A DNA stretch of 64,000 nt from Basidiobolus meristosporus CBS 931.73 (Eukaryota; Fungi; Basidiobolomycota): assembly GCA_002104905.1 (NCBI GenBank), contig MCFE01000050.1:132095-196094 (forward strand), in the 5' to 3' direction. Made by a program: the position numbers and the translations under genes. Numbering within the stretch: the stretch's first letter is position 1; the number at the start of each line of letters is the position of its first letter. Below, in pieces: positions 27,178 through 40,523 of the stretch. Below the pieces are notes generated by a model. The model made no database searches, was not told where the DNA came from, and saw only the letters and a list, made by a program, of their open reading frames with translations.

Positions 27178-28720
27178 ATGAGGCTTGACTTGCTCTTGAT
27201 TTTCACCCCATTTGTGATCGCTAAAGTATCCGGGGATGAAAACGATAAGGTCGTGGTCGGTTATTATGTTCCTTGGGGAAAGGTCCAACCTAACCAGCTT
27301 AACTACGATAAAGTAACCCACATTAACTACGGTAAGCCTCGAGTTTGATGCCTTTGTTCGGCTGCTCATGCCTTCGCCCTCTAGGTTTCGGTGTTTTGAC
27401 TAAAAAAGACGACCCTGCCAGCATCTTCATAGATCCTTTCTACGATGGGAATGCTATCAACAAATTGAAGGAATTGGCCAGGCCCAAAGGCGTCAAAATT
27501 CAGATGTCCATCGGAGGTTGGACCGGGAGCCAGACTTTCTCTCTTGTCGCAAGGGATCCAGCTCTTCGCCAGAAGTTCATCAACAACGCTTTGGTGTTTG
27601 TCCGCAAGAACACGAAAACTAGCAATGATGGCACTCCGAATGGCTGGGACCTTGACGGCATCGACATTGACTGGGAATACCCTGGCAGAGCTGCCGCTGT
27701 CTGTAATGTGTATGATGCCGCCGACTCGGCCAACTACCTGTTGCTGCTGAAGGAGCTTCGCGCTGCACTCGACAAGGAGTTCCCTAATGAGCACAAACTT
27801 CTGACTGCAGCGGTTAGGGTGCAGCCATTCGACGGGCCAAACGGGACTCCACTTCCAGATGTCTCACAATATGCGCAATATTTTGACTTTATTAATGTTA
27901 TGGCCTACGATATTAATGGAGACTGGTCAGCAACTACTGGTCCCAATGCTCCGTTTGACCTATGACACCAAGGGAGGTGATGCCGCCTCATTCCGCCAGG
28001 CCATGGCAAGCTTGGTTGAACGCCAAATGGCCGGCCAACAAGCTGGTCATGGGCCTGCCCTTCTACGGAAGATCACTAACTGCCAAGGTCGACATGAACT
28101 CCGATCCATCCAATCAGTATGTGATAAAGGAGGGCAGTGTCCCCAGGGGGGACCCCACAGACTCCCTGGAATCGAACTCCTTCTGCCGAAGCGAATCAAC
28201 ATATGGTGGACTTTGGGCATGGAAATATCTTCGAAGCCAGATCTTGACAGATGGCCCGACCAGTCCTGTTGCTGGGTGGAGTCGTTACTGGGACAATACT
28301 ACCCAGACCCCCTGGTTGTTCAGTGCTAGTAGCAAAACATACATCTCCTATGACGACCCTCAATCATTAAGGATAAAGGTCGACTATACCAAGCAGCAAG
28401 GGCTTCGTGGGGTTATGTTTTGGGACATAACAAACGATCTGAACGATGAGTTGTTGGATACTCTCCAGGCAATCCGCGACTCCTCCTCCATAACTAACAG
28501 GAGAACAACCACATCGAAGATCGCGAAGCAGATATCTTCCAATCCTTTAACCGAAGTCAACCTATGTGCCAATGCCTCCCCTTGGAGACCTGAGGTAGGC
28601 TACGGCGGAACGCAAAAAGTAATCTACAGGGGCCGCTTGTGGCAAGTAAAATGGCAAAACAAAGGTGACACCCCCGGAGAGGGAGCACGGAGTTGGAGCA
28701 ATATCGGCGCTTGTAATTAA
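27178..28720 (+). CDS. Secreted GH18 chitinase B with CBM5/12 (head-to-head paralog; +1 frameshift at ~27960)
   Basis: MRLDLLLIF signal, intron 27332-27384, DGIDIDWEYP, C-terminal YRGRLWQVKWQNKGDTPG. It reads TTTGACCTATGAC where paralog A has TTTGACTATGAC. Confidence 0.85.
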
Positions 28721-28801
28721 CTATACTTGGCGTGGCCTTGCTGCACTTGTAATTAGTCATACTTGGCGTGGTCTTGCCGCGCTTGTAATTAGTCATACTT
28801 G
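28707..28801 (+). repeat. 36-bp tandem repeat, ~2.6 copies, overlapping the chitinase B stop codon
   Basis: GC(G/A)CTTGTAATTA(AC/GT)(T/C)ATACTTGGCGTGG(C/T)CTTGC(T/C) units starting at 28707, 28743 and 28779. Confidence 0.85.
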
Positions 28802-29189
28802 ACCTTACTCACTTGGCCAAAAATCAATGCTTTAATGGCATTTTACTCATCGTTGTAAGTTTGATCTGGACTCCCCTTCTAATCAGAAATGTCGGCCTAA
28901 CCATATTATCTGGCACATCACTGTGATATTAATAAAATTCCACCTCAGATACTGCTCAACTTGTTGATTTGACTTCAATTTTCACCAATCACCAGTCTTC
29001 GAGTCATTTGGATAAAGAGATGGTGGATGCCCCTTGTCCTGGAGATAGCATTGATGTTTATAGAATTGGTTAATTCCGGTTAATTACGCCTACGATAAAT
29101 AAATTTCTCCAAAAATATGATCCAACGTATTACCGTAACTCAATAGTAGACGTCGCTTACCACTTGCACCGTGAAGTAACCGCTAGAAA

Positions 29190-30298
29190 ATGAGCTCAGC
29201 ACGTAATCCCGATATCTCCTCACCACCATTGCTCGATGACGATGACCTGAACGTCGATCTTTCTACCACACCTTCCATGACCATGCCTAGCGTGTCAGGA
29301 AACATCGGATCTGACCCCAACGGCCAAGCTAACCCAAGGAGAACCTTTGAAGATACCCTTGATGAGCCAATCAGCGTAACACTTGTATGTATTCCGAGCA
29401 GATTTTCCAGGTCCATACCCCTTCTCGACGGGAAGCTCCTACGGATGGAATCCCCTTGGGCGTGGGGGCTCCCCAAACTCTGGATGGCACGTTTACTTCG
29501 ATTGCAAAACTTATTCCTTCCTTGTTGATATCGTAGATGCGTGATTTGGGGAATATCCAAAAGAAGTGCAAGCAAGTCCTCCTGCCAAAGGGAAGAGAAA
29601 ATGCCCTTAAAGAATGTGAGTGCGGCGTTGCGTAGCGTTTATTAGGCGCGTTTCTTTCCTTCACCACCTGGCTGATATGTTCGGTTGTCTAGGGGATCTC
29701 TGGGGACCGTTGTTGCTATGCTTGGTTTTGGCTATGTATATATTGAACTGTTGAACGCTGTACCCTTGTGAGCGTTACTGACTGCTTTGCTTCATAGTAT
29801 GCTGAGTCTGAGAGCACCAAAGGATCAATCAGCGTCAGTGTTCACAGGAATCTTCGTCATTATTTGGTTTGGAGCAGCAGTTGTAACGTTGAATGCTAAG
29901 CTACTTGGTGGCAAAGTGTAGGTGGATGTGGTGGGTTGTGGCGAGTCTTAGTTCATCAGATACTCATTGCGACTACGTTTGCTTGCAGATCGTTCTTCCA
30001 AAGCGTATGTGTTCTTGGATATTGTGTGTTCCCGCTCGATATTGCCGCCATCCTCTCTTATTTCATCGGTTGGATATTGATCCGTCTCGTGTTTGTTGTT
30101 GTGGCATTCTGCTGGTCCACCTATGGTAACGTTGCTCAACGATGTTCAAAGCAAGTGCATCTACTTAACTCTTCCCTCTTACGAACAGCTTCCGTTGGCT
30201 TCCTCAGCGACGTTCATTTGAATAACCGTCGTACTCTTGCAGTCTACCCAATCTTCCTATTTTACTTTGTCATCTCATGGATGATCCTTATCTCTTAA
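29190..30298 (+). CDS. YIP1-family Golgi membrane protein (YIP4/YIPF6-like), multi-exon
   Basis: DTLDEPISVTL, DLWGPLLLC, IWFGAAVVTLNAKLLGG, FFQSVCVLGYCVFPL. Confidence 0.9.
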
Positions 30299-30495
30299 AC
30301 GCTCTTCTGCTCAGTAGCACAGTATCATCACTAGTAAAGTTGTTTATTGACTATGGTACACCTAGCATCCCTTGCGATGGTAGCCTCCCAAAATAAGGAC
30401 GATTCCAGTCCATTTCCATTCTACTTATTAATTCCTTTTTTCCATATAAACAGTGATCAACACTAAACCTTTTACAAATATAAAATGCATCCTAT

Positions 30496-32216
30496 CTATG
30501 GCTGCTCAGTGGATTCTGGCTCACTGGTGCGAGTGTTTCTCAACTCCTCTTCTAACAACTTTTCAGCCTCCAGCATCAACCGTGCTCCAGCATCCGAGTG
30601 AGTTCTGTAGCAAAAGTATAGACAAAGGTTCCGGATTGCCTCCCGTGCCTCCTGGTCTGAATACAGTCTTTGTTGCCCAATATCACGTGCTGGGTTCAGG
30701 CCACATGTGTTGATAGCGTGTTGGAATGATTGAGTAGTTGTCTGCAAGGCTGCTGGATCCTCACTATCTGCATTACTGGTGGCTGATGAATCATGAGGCT
30801 CGCTGACAACATGGTGATTGTCCAAAATCAGAGGGCATTGCTGATTGCTTGTCTCGGGACACTCAGGCAGTGCCAAGAAGGCGGCATATGTGGCAGGAGC
30901 TACACATTTCAGGCGATCCAGAATGGCTTGCGTGTCCACGGAAATGGAATCCATTGATGGTAGCTGGAGAACGCTACGAGAAGATCCTTGTTGTTGTGAT
31001 ACAATCTTGGTAACATTCCAAGAATCTTGGATTACAGCGGTCGATAGTCCATGCCATGATTGGGTAACTAACATCAGTGCGTCGATAAGATCTAGACGAA
31101 TAATCGACTGAGTACAATCCATTGCAGCCAGCTGAGCAAGCCGTGATACAATGGAGTGCTTGAAACGTGCCCGGAAATCCCTCAAAATCCCGGACTTCAT
31201 AGGGGTTATTGTCATATCGGATGGCAAGAATTGAATCTGAATATGTCGTAGATGACACTTCTCTGCTGTTGTACGGTGCTCTTCTTCTAGAATAAGGGCG
31301 ACATTTCGGCTGGCTGTGCGGTCCTCAAACCATCGAAGCCATCTAGTATGAGAGCATAGGTTACAACCTCATTGATGAACAGTTTAATGGCCATGAAAAC
31401 TAGCCTTTGGAAAGTTTGATCAGTTAATTGAGCGAGCGGATGGAACTCGTATTGGATATCTGACGGAAGTGCGCGGGTAGTGTGGCGTTGACCAACTACC
31501 ATAGGAAGGGTCATATCGCTGCCGTCAGCATTGCAGCAAAGTAGCGCCAGAAGACTCTCCTTGTTGTCGCCTGGATATTCTACTTCAGTGGCGGCTAAAT
31601 TGCTGTGACTGTTGAGCTTTTGAGAATCCAAAGCAGTGAGCTCCAGTAAATCTTACCTGTAATACAGCTTCGTAGCAGCAAATGAATAAACATCCTGCAA
31701 CTTAAAGCCCGATAAAGATGCTTGCAGCTCAGCTATTGCAGTTGGGACGAGGTCTCTTTTGGCTACACGACTCCCGCGTGTTGTGGTGCTTTGGCGGAGG
31801 CCATTGCGTTTTTTGAACCTGTCGACCCAGCCGTTGGAAAAAGATAATGCCCCCTCCGGAAGTTGAAGTTCGTGAGCAATTTTCTGCGCTTTTGCTATGA
31901 TCATTCTATCGCTGATATTGGAATCGGTGGTTTGCATATACAGACACCAATCCTTCAACAAGCTATCTAATTCAGGATATTTCACTCCTCGTAAGCGCTT
32001 CGCATCCAGGTTATAGCCTCCGTGCATATACTCGTCTCGTCGTTTCAGCACCTTGGAGACGGTTGACCGATCGATCAGGACATCGAACTCATCTTCCACC
32101 CATTTGGACAACCGCGACTGTGTCCAAGAAGGATTTTCCTCTGCCTGGCGACACAAGCTTTGGCGCTGCTCAATAGATAAGGAGCCGTTTCTCCCACCCG
32201 ACTTCGTGGCTCGCAT
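30496..32216 (-). CDS. CENP-B/pogo(Tc5)-type HTH + degenerate DDE_1 protein, probably a domesticated transposase
   Basis: LSIEQRQSLC...IDRSTVSKVLK (CENP-B N HTH), ELDSLLKDW...FSNGWVDRFKKRNGL (HTH_Tnp_Tc5), LLCCNADGS (DDE_1). GT-AG introns; no TIRs seen. Confidence 0.75.
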
Positions 32217-32884
32217 GACAAAACCGTAGCGAATTCTTGGTTAGTGGGTATCCGCTGGAACGATCGATTTCTATACGGCCAGTGCAAAAAGTGACAACAG
32301 CAAAGCCTAATACTCCACTCCTCCCACCTCCCTCCTGGCTTGGTATTGTTCACAAGTTAAGCAAATCATAAGCAGATTTAGCTAGACGAATAGGAGATCA
32401 GCATACCAGGGGGGATGTTTTGGCCAATCACTCCTTCTAAGCTTAATTTGCCATTGTTATCCCCCTTTAGCGACTTCTAATTGATTGGACAAAAGGTACT
32501 GCTCATTCCCAACTTGTTGCATGGCCAATTAATTGAGTTGCTTTTGTAGTTAATGCTCTCTGCCCTTAACTCCCCAACAAGCATGGTTTCCAGTAGCCCT
32601 CCGAGTGAAATTACCCCACTTCCTCAACCCGAGTGCAATGCTCTCACCAATCAGTTGATGCAATGGGCCTCCCCTGACACAGAATAATACCCCTCTCACC
32701 CGTTATACCCGAGCATCAACATGCTCTTATTTCATGCTCCAGGGTACTCAAAAGGTAGGCTCGAACGTATGTGAAACCGTATCGATTCTTATTAAGTCTG
32801 GCTTAGTCTTTCCCATAGCTCCCCAATTCAATCCTCTGCCTCCTATATTCTTCGTCAGAGCTTCAGTCCTATTACCCACACAAA

Positions 32885-35032
32885 ATGGCCACTAAAGCAA
32901 GCACTCTCTCCGGCCTCGACTCTGCTACGTTAGCTGCTCTCTCTAAGACTCCCACTGTCCCTTCTTTCTCTGAAACTCGCCTTTATGTTCGTACCATCCC
33001 AGTCACCGCAACGTTAGATGACTTGAAGTTGATGTTCAAAACCACTCCCCCCAAAAGGTGAGTCTATGCCACTCAGCATATCTTGACATGTTACTCTTTC
33101 TTAACTCAGCGTCATCTAGCTTCCGAGTTGCCCATTCCAACTCGCTGGTTGGTTGTATGCTAGAGTTCTTTAATCCAGGAGAAGGTATGTTTACGCTAGT
33201 TACGCCAGTGCAGTGGTTTGTTTAACCTAATACGAATACCTTTCCAGCTGAAAGAGCTTTCGCCACCATGAATAATACATACATGAAAGCCCATAAGGGA
33301 CTCATGGGGTTGACTTATTTCGACCCCAACTCTGGCAAAATCGAACAAGAGCCTCCTTGCCAAACCATCATGGTGAAGCATGTCGCACCCGAGGCTGACG
33401 AAGTGTCTATTTACAACATGTTCCGTGAGATTGGCCACATCTACTTGTGCAAGCTCGGAATGGACGAAAACGGGACATTCCGTGGATTTGGACTGATTCA
33501 GTATTGGAGCCCAGATGATACCAATACCGCATATGAAAGAATGGTTTGTTGAAGCAAATGAGGATCCACATTGTGTTTTACTAATTGTTGTTTTCTTGTA
33601 GAACGGCGCAGAGTATAAAGGCTCAACTATGTATGTATCAAATCTGATAGCTCCATGATCAACGCTAATATCCTGTTCTACTTCTCACAGCACCTTGACC
33701 CAATACGTCCCTCGTGACAAGAAGACTGGCAAGACCCCAACTAGCTCTCTAAAGGTTGGGTCGGTTGGTGGCAGTATGCGGGGTCGTCCGGGCCTTTCGT
33801 TCGATCTATTCACTCCTCCTAGCCAGAGTAGTACCAAAGATCTTGGATCACAAGCCTCAGAATACGCAGTGGCTGATCCCACTCCACTGAATGGAAACAG
33901 CAATGGCGCTAGCCTAAATCAAACCGATGCATTCGATGTCAACGACCTCAAAAGCGCTGGCCTCGATCCCTGTAATTTATATATCAAGAATCTTGATCCC
34001 TCTATCAAGAGTTCGGATCTGTTCTATGAGTTCCACAACTTTGGGCACATCATCAGTGCACGTGTGATGATGGATGAGGCCACCTTCAAGTCCAAAGGCT
34101 TCGGCTTCGTCAGTTTCCGAAATGCCGACGACGCAGCTAGAGCAATGTTCGAGATGGACGGTCGCCCTATCCGTTCTAAGCCCATCACTGTATGCATTGC
34201 TGAGCCCAAAAAGATCCGTGAGGCCCGCTTAGCTGCCACCTTCGGTAGTGATTCATCCACCGGTCGGGTGAGCGACAGCGACGCTGGGGGTTTCGTTGGA
34301 AACGAGGTCCAACTTAACCCATCACTTCTTGCATCTCTCAGTCTTGCAACCAGAAATGGTATTCTTAGTACGCGGTTGAACTCTCAGTTGAAGAAGATTC
34401 AATCTATCCCGGAACAGGACCATGCTAAAATCATCGATGCTTTGCTCACTCTCAAGATAGATGATGTTGTTCTTTTGATCTCGTACCCTAAGGCTTTGGA
34501 GGAGAAGGCTGTGGAAGTACGCATCAAGCTTTCCAATGGCAGCTGGTCTTCAAATCAGCAAGATTTGGCCGAATCATTTGGTCCAGATGCTGAAAAGCAA
34601 AAAGTCCGACAGCTGGTCACATCCGTTCAAAAAGATCATGTTGACGAGATCACTGACTTGTTGCTCGGCTTGTCCAACTTCGAACGTGCTCAAGTGATCT
34701 TCAACCCCGAGTATCTTTCCCAGAAAGTATCTGAGGCCAAGAGTGCTTTGAACCTGACCCAAGCCAGTGATGCTTCTCAGAACTCTTCAACCGATACCAA
34801 GTTCCCCCTCTCTCCGGAGAATGAGAAGTTTGTATCCGAGTTGAATGGCAAACCAGAGTCTGAGCGCAAACAGAAACTGGGCTCCAAGCTTTTCCCCGTC
34901 GTGAAGAGCCTTGGAATTCCCGAGCCATCCAAGGTGACCGTGAGACTGTTGGACTCTCTTGCAACCCGTGAATTAGTATACCTTCTTAATGAGCCCGCTC
35001 AACTATCCACCAAGATCAGTTTGCTCAAGTAA
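32885..35032 (+). CDS. Multi-RRM RNA-binding protein with C-terminal PABC/MLLE-like repeats (divergent poly(A)-binding protein-like)
   Basis: RRMs RLYVRTIP, IMVKHV...RGFGLIQY, LYIKNL...KGFGFVSF, and C-terminal ERKQKLGSKLFPVV...SKVTVRLLD. Confidence 0.75.
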
Positions 35033-35388
35033 ATTTGAAATTCATCCTTGTCCTATACAAAACCTTACTTGAAATATATATTTCTTTTCCTTCGCTCCAT
35101 ACTCTTAGTTACCCGGTTATTCTGCTTCTAAATATCTCTTCAATATGATGTTCACCACCTATGTATTCATCCGATGTCCTTATCTGTGCTCTTGGCTAAT
35201 CCACAATTTGAGCACTGCATGAGGGATTTTGGAATGTTTAATATTGGTTAGATAATTTAGATGATAATAGCTTGATTAAAATGTGTGAATAGTTTGGAAA
35301 GTCTGTAGAAGGGATATATACATTGGGTAGGAGGCGGTTTTTTTAAAAGCAATGGCCGGCCTGTGAAGTCAGTTATAGTGTGCTTATA

Positions 35389-38300
35389 TCATATCCCAGT
35401 ATTCAAATCTTGGACGAACTTGAGGCTATGGGTCTTTGCAACGGAAAGGAGCAGAGGCATGTCCGACTCTTTGAGACTTCATATATTGACATTAGCTGAT
35501 TAGCTCGTTTCCGCGAGATTTAGAAGCTACAAAATTCTCATACCTCACAATCGAACCAAGAGTTTTCTGATCAAATGTTCGATCCATCTCTTGACCATCC
35601 AGAAATTCAGCCACCACCCGGCTTTTCAAATACAATTCTTGAAGCATATCTTCGAAATATCTAGCACACTACGGTAAGGAGTTTAGATGTTGCTCATTAT
35701 TCAGCACAAAATGGAAACCACGTACAGATTCGGCAGGGATACCAAGTCGGAACAGGTGCTGAACCTGGGTAAGCATCTGACGAATGAAATCTGAAGGCAA
35801 CACGCGCTGGATGGAAACGCCTTTTTTGGGAGTGAAGTTATCTTCGAACCCTGAATCAAACAACTGTGGCTTTGGTGAATAATCGACCAAGTTGCATTGC
35901 CTGTTGAATGTTGATTTTAGTCTACGATCTCACCGAAGTTCATCGCACGATCCTTACCAAGTATTGGTGTCAGCAATGACACAGCTTGATTGCGAAATGG
36001 GCCCATCCACATGGAACTATAACCTCGACATTAAACACCGACTCAGATGCTTATGTAGATTCACACGTAATCTTTACCTGTACGGAATCTTTTAGATCAT
36101 TCTCCAACTCGTCCAAAAAATCAAATCTTGGAAGCCCCATCAGCACGAATTCCGGCATATACTTTGAGCAGTAGCCAACCATCATTGATCGGCCGAAGCT
36201 CTTTGTGAATAACCGATCTGGTCTCGTTTCCTTGCATTGCTCAGATGGGTCCGAGAATTCAGCATCTGGGATTTGAGCAACCATTTGCGACTCGATCATT
36301 GGGATCTCAACAAACCCATCGGGCTTCAATGGAAGGCCATCATTACCGGTCATTTCGCCATCGACTATAAAGCTTTTGGGTCCGACTCTTGCCTTACTAA
36401 CCGGGATTGTGCCCCCGCTATTCAATGACTTTGTCTTCTCTGAACCTGTCTGAGTGAGAAGTTGCTTCAGTCACCTGGCTGACTTGGTGTCTTGTATCCA
36501 GTGTTGCTAGGTTCGGTGCTTTTTGGAAGTTGCCATCGAACTCTGTAGGTGAGGAAGACAGATTCGTGCTCAAAAGCTGATTTCGCACTAAATGATAGCA
36601 CTCTCCATTCGCCGGTCTGCCGTCTACAGGGAGTTTCTGGTTCGCTTCGCTTGAAAGCCTGTTGGTCAGTTGCTTGAGGAATGTCAGAATACTCCGAAAA
36701 GGAACTAATATCATCGGCCGAAAGCTCTTCGACATTTTCAAAAACCTCATTACATCTCAGCAGATAACTGAGAATATAGAGTAGACGCTTCACAAAGGTA
36801 GCACTAGTTCCTACAACAATCACTCTACAAAGCCTTGATGGACTTCCGGTATTCCCATACAGATCACTATACATTACGATTATAGAATCAGAATACGCGC
36901 TTCTACTCTACAACAGGATTGCTTATATATACCTGTATTGTGCCCAGAGTGGATTATACGATAGGCCGGCGCTGCCAAGTGCGTGGCTCTAGAAACCATG
37001 TTAGCAACAGTTAAGATATGAGCGCCATTTGTACGAGATATGGATGGAGAACTGACTGTTTCGAAGATTTTAAGATCGTCCGAGCCAGGAGGAGTAACGG
37101 TTGGCACCCAAGAAAGGTGGTTTGACAGTACAGCTGTAAATAGGGTGGAAATGAAACTAATTTCGAAGAGTGAAAGATTTACAATATGCATTTAAATCAA
37201 CAAGTTCATCGAAGCGGTTGAAATGGATACTGGTTGTATTTTGGTGTTTCGAATTTATCCAGTATGTCAGTTAGCTCGGAAACGAACGATTGATAGTACG
37301 TTGTGCTATTATGAGGGTAAGTATGGAGATTCAGCCAAAGCGGAGTCTAAAATGTTGTATTAGCCTATGTCTGTTGTGTACCAATGCCTTGTTCCCAAGC
37401 ACAACCCACCTGAAGTCTAGGAGTCTGATAGAGATCGCATATATCCTGGATAAACTTGGATACGGCTTCGTTCAGCGTATTCTCGTGCTGCAAGCTGTAT
37501 GGAGCTAGAGATGCCAAGGTTGATCCGCCTTTGTGTGGATACATCTACCCTCTAAATTAGATAAATATATTCGTTGTATAAGAATGCACTCCATAAACTT
37601 ACAGGATTCTGAGGATTCATTTGTGCTTTCAGTATGTGCTTTCTAAGTAGTGGACATAACAGGCTCATAACGACGCCATGTAACTTATGCAACCGAGCCT
37701 CCAGGAGTGAAAAGTGGGAAAAGAGGTATTCTTTGAGGGATTGATTACCCTCGAGGGATATGACAACGCCAATAGAATACATAATAGAGCGTGAGCTGTG
37801 TTTCAATACACTCTATAAGAGTGTGTCAAAATTGATAAGACGATCATGCGTTGGAATTGATAATCAATACAAACCGATGTTCCAAAGAATGATTTCCCAG
37901 GCAATGGGGTTGGATTGAACACACCATTTTCTATACTCGTTTGGCTTGACCTCCACAGTCGTCTATCTTTATACGAATTGCTCACAGAGGAATTAAGGCT
38001 TTGACTTGGAGTATCTCGGAAGTTTTTAGCGGTAGGGATACCGGTGGGGTAGGCTCGGAGAGTAGGATCCTCCTCACTATTGCTTTCTTCCACAGAAAAA
38101 ATGCTCGAGGAGAGGCTGCCTTGGTGCGAGTGGTTTTCAAGACCTTTGCTTAACCCAACATTGATTCCATTTCTGTTCGTGGGATTATTATTCCAGTGAT
38201 CATTATTTGCGGTGTTCCAGGATTCAATTGAAATGTCACTACATTCTGACGCGATAGACATTGATCGATTTGGCTTTCCAGATAATTGCTCTAAATCTCC

Positions 38301-39009
38301 GGTGTTGATAGAGAACAACTTTGTCAATAAAATTTGAGGCTTCTCTCCTTTAGTGAGATGTATTTTTGTGGTCATCCCTTTATAGGATAAAGGGACAGCA
38401 CCAAACATCATCTCGCCTATTACATCCAGATTATAGCCTAACTGTGAGCCAAAATTAATAAGTCAACTAGAGTGATTGGCAGCACGGTTCATTGTTCCAC
38501 CCCTTACCTTCTTATGAGAGGATGTAGAGGGAGTACATCCAGTTGAAGAGACGCTATTAAGAGAGCTTCTCTTTGAACGAGGTCGGGTCAAGAACAGGCC
38601 GCCATCAGACCAGGAAGAGCTCAATATATTACGTTTAGCTGAGGGTGTGGTTTCAGTTGTTGAGTCCTCGCGAGCGAGACTGGTATCCAATAGCGGTAGC
38701 TTTCGTTTATCACCACTGTCTTGACACACCAGGACTCTAATTTGGTGAGGCTCGAAGGGTATTGGAGACCAGCTTTTCGTTGAATTCCAATATTCGATTC
38801 GGCAGAATATACGAGAAATGGTGGGAAAAGTAATAGAAAATCAGTGACTGAATAAAAATAAAGCTCAAAGCAAAATTTATTGCATAAAACTTAAGCTTGA
38901 GCTATCACACTTTTCGATTGAGAAAGTACCTCGTGGGTTCTAACAACGCATCGATGTTCTTTTCCTGAGATTGTTTGAGAGAGTGCTTCCGAAATAATTT
39001 TTGTAACAT
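35389..39009 (-). CDS. FNIP: Folliculin-interacting protein (FNIP/Lst4 family), multi-exon
   Basis: IRVLVCQDSG, MMFGAVPLSYKGMTTKIH, YLFSHFSLLEARLHKL, LCRVIVVG...VKRLLYILSYLLRCNEV, FGRSMMVGY, YFEDMLQELYLKS. First exon MLQKLFRKHS. Confidence 0.85.
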
Positions 39010-40523
39010 GTGTAGGACTTTAACGCCGCTTCGTCAAACAACAAAGGTTCATAAAGCCGTCCACCGAAGAACGTGTAGTGTTCCTTTTTCTTTACTAATA
39101 ATAAGATAGTATGGATAGGAAAGTAGAGAGGATAACAAACTTCCAGAAGTGATTTAGCACCCACAAAGAAAAATATATAAATTGAGGGGTTATAAAAAGA
39201 ACCTGTAGCAAAGTGCTTCCGTGCAAATAGGCCTAACTTGAAGGGAAAACAAGCACGCACAGGTAGGAAGGGGTAACAAAGAAGGTTCAACAATTGGTTA
39301 TATGAACAGGTAGACCAGGACACTATAAAGGAAAATAAATGGATCAATTACGATAATATGTCGCAGAAAATTTTCAAGTTTCGTGTATAGATATTCATAT
39401 TCATCAACTATTTGATACTCCAGTTTATGCATTTACTCAAAAGATATAAATAGGCCAGCATTGCATAAATGAAAATATCAACATGCACGCGCACTCCGCC
39501 CTTTCTTGCTGTATCAACAGCTGATGAAACAGCTTGTGATTGTAAATTCATATCCAGGAGAGGCAAGGCTGCCCATATAACACGGTTGTTGCATAGGGTT
39601 TCGATTCAGATAAGAAGGGCACTAACCATATCCAAACTTGGAGCTTATCAAGGGAGCTTGTCTAATTTTAGAATGCTTTCCACCAATCCGGTCGGATAAA
39701 GAGATCATCAGGACAATATTAGGTTAGTAGATTGATTGCGTCTGGTTTGCATATTTGTTCTCTAAACTCCGCTTGAATCCAATAATTAAGCTGACGAACA
39801 CTCGATGGAATCTACTCTCGAATTAACTCACTTGGCTTGCGAAATAATTGCTGTTTCGAGTTTGTACTCTATTATAAATCGTAGTAGTCACGGTGCTCGT
39901 GCCTCATCTCGATATTCTCTGTTCAATCAGAATGAAGACCTCACAAATCTCCAGCTATACTCTTTCATTACACACACTAACACTGTTTGCCAAGTTGAAT
40001 AGATATCTTCGGTATAGCTGTTTTGCGATATTTGCATGTTTAGCCCACATCAACCGAATAGGCATGTTGTGTTTCACAAGAATGTCTTGTAACAAAATGC
40101 TACCTAACTTACTATGCGTACAGCAAAGTTGGCTAAAACATCTGGCTTATCTTTGAAGTCACGATGAAAAAGGCTAATCGTGGATAAACCTATTTTGCCA
40201 ACGCCGATCTGTTCAAATACCCAACATATACAAGTTTTATTGTAGAGAACACAAAACTTGGATAGCAGAGCATGAAATATCTCGCTTCTTTCGTGATTAC
40301 ACCTCAGCTAGCCATGTTGTTTCTTGGTACATTAGTCGTCCGGTTTGAGGGGCCTACAGGAATTCAGGGATCCAGGCAATCCATGTGACTGTTTAGTGAA
40401 TGATCGATAGAGATAGAAGATTTCCATTTGAGACAGCGACCCTTGGGAATACGAAGTAAATTATATTTATAAGCCTCCAACCCACCACAATTTTTGTTTT
40501 ATCTTTCCTTACCGTTGGGCCAT

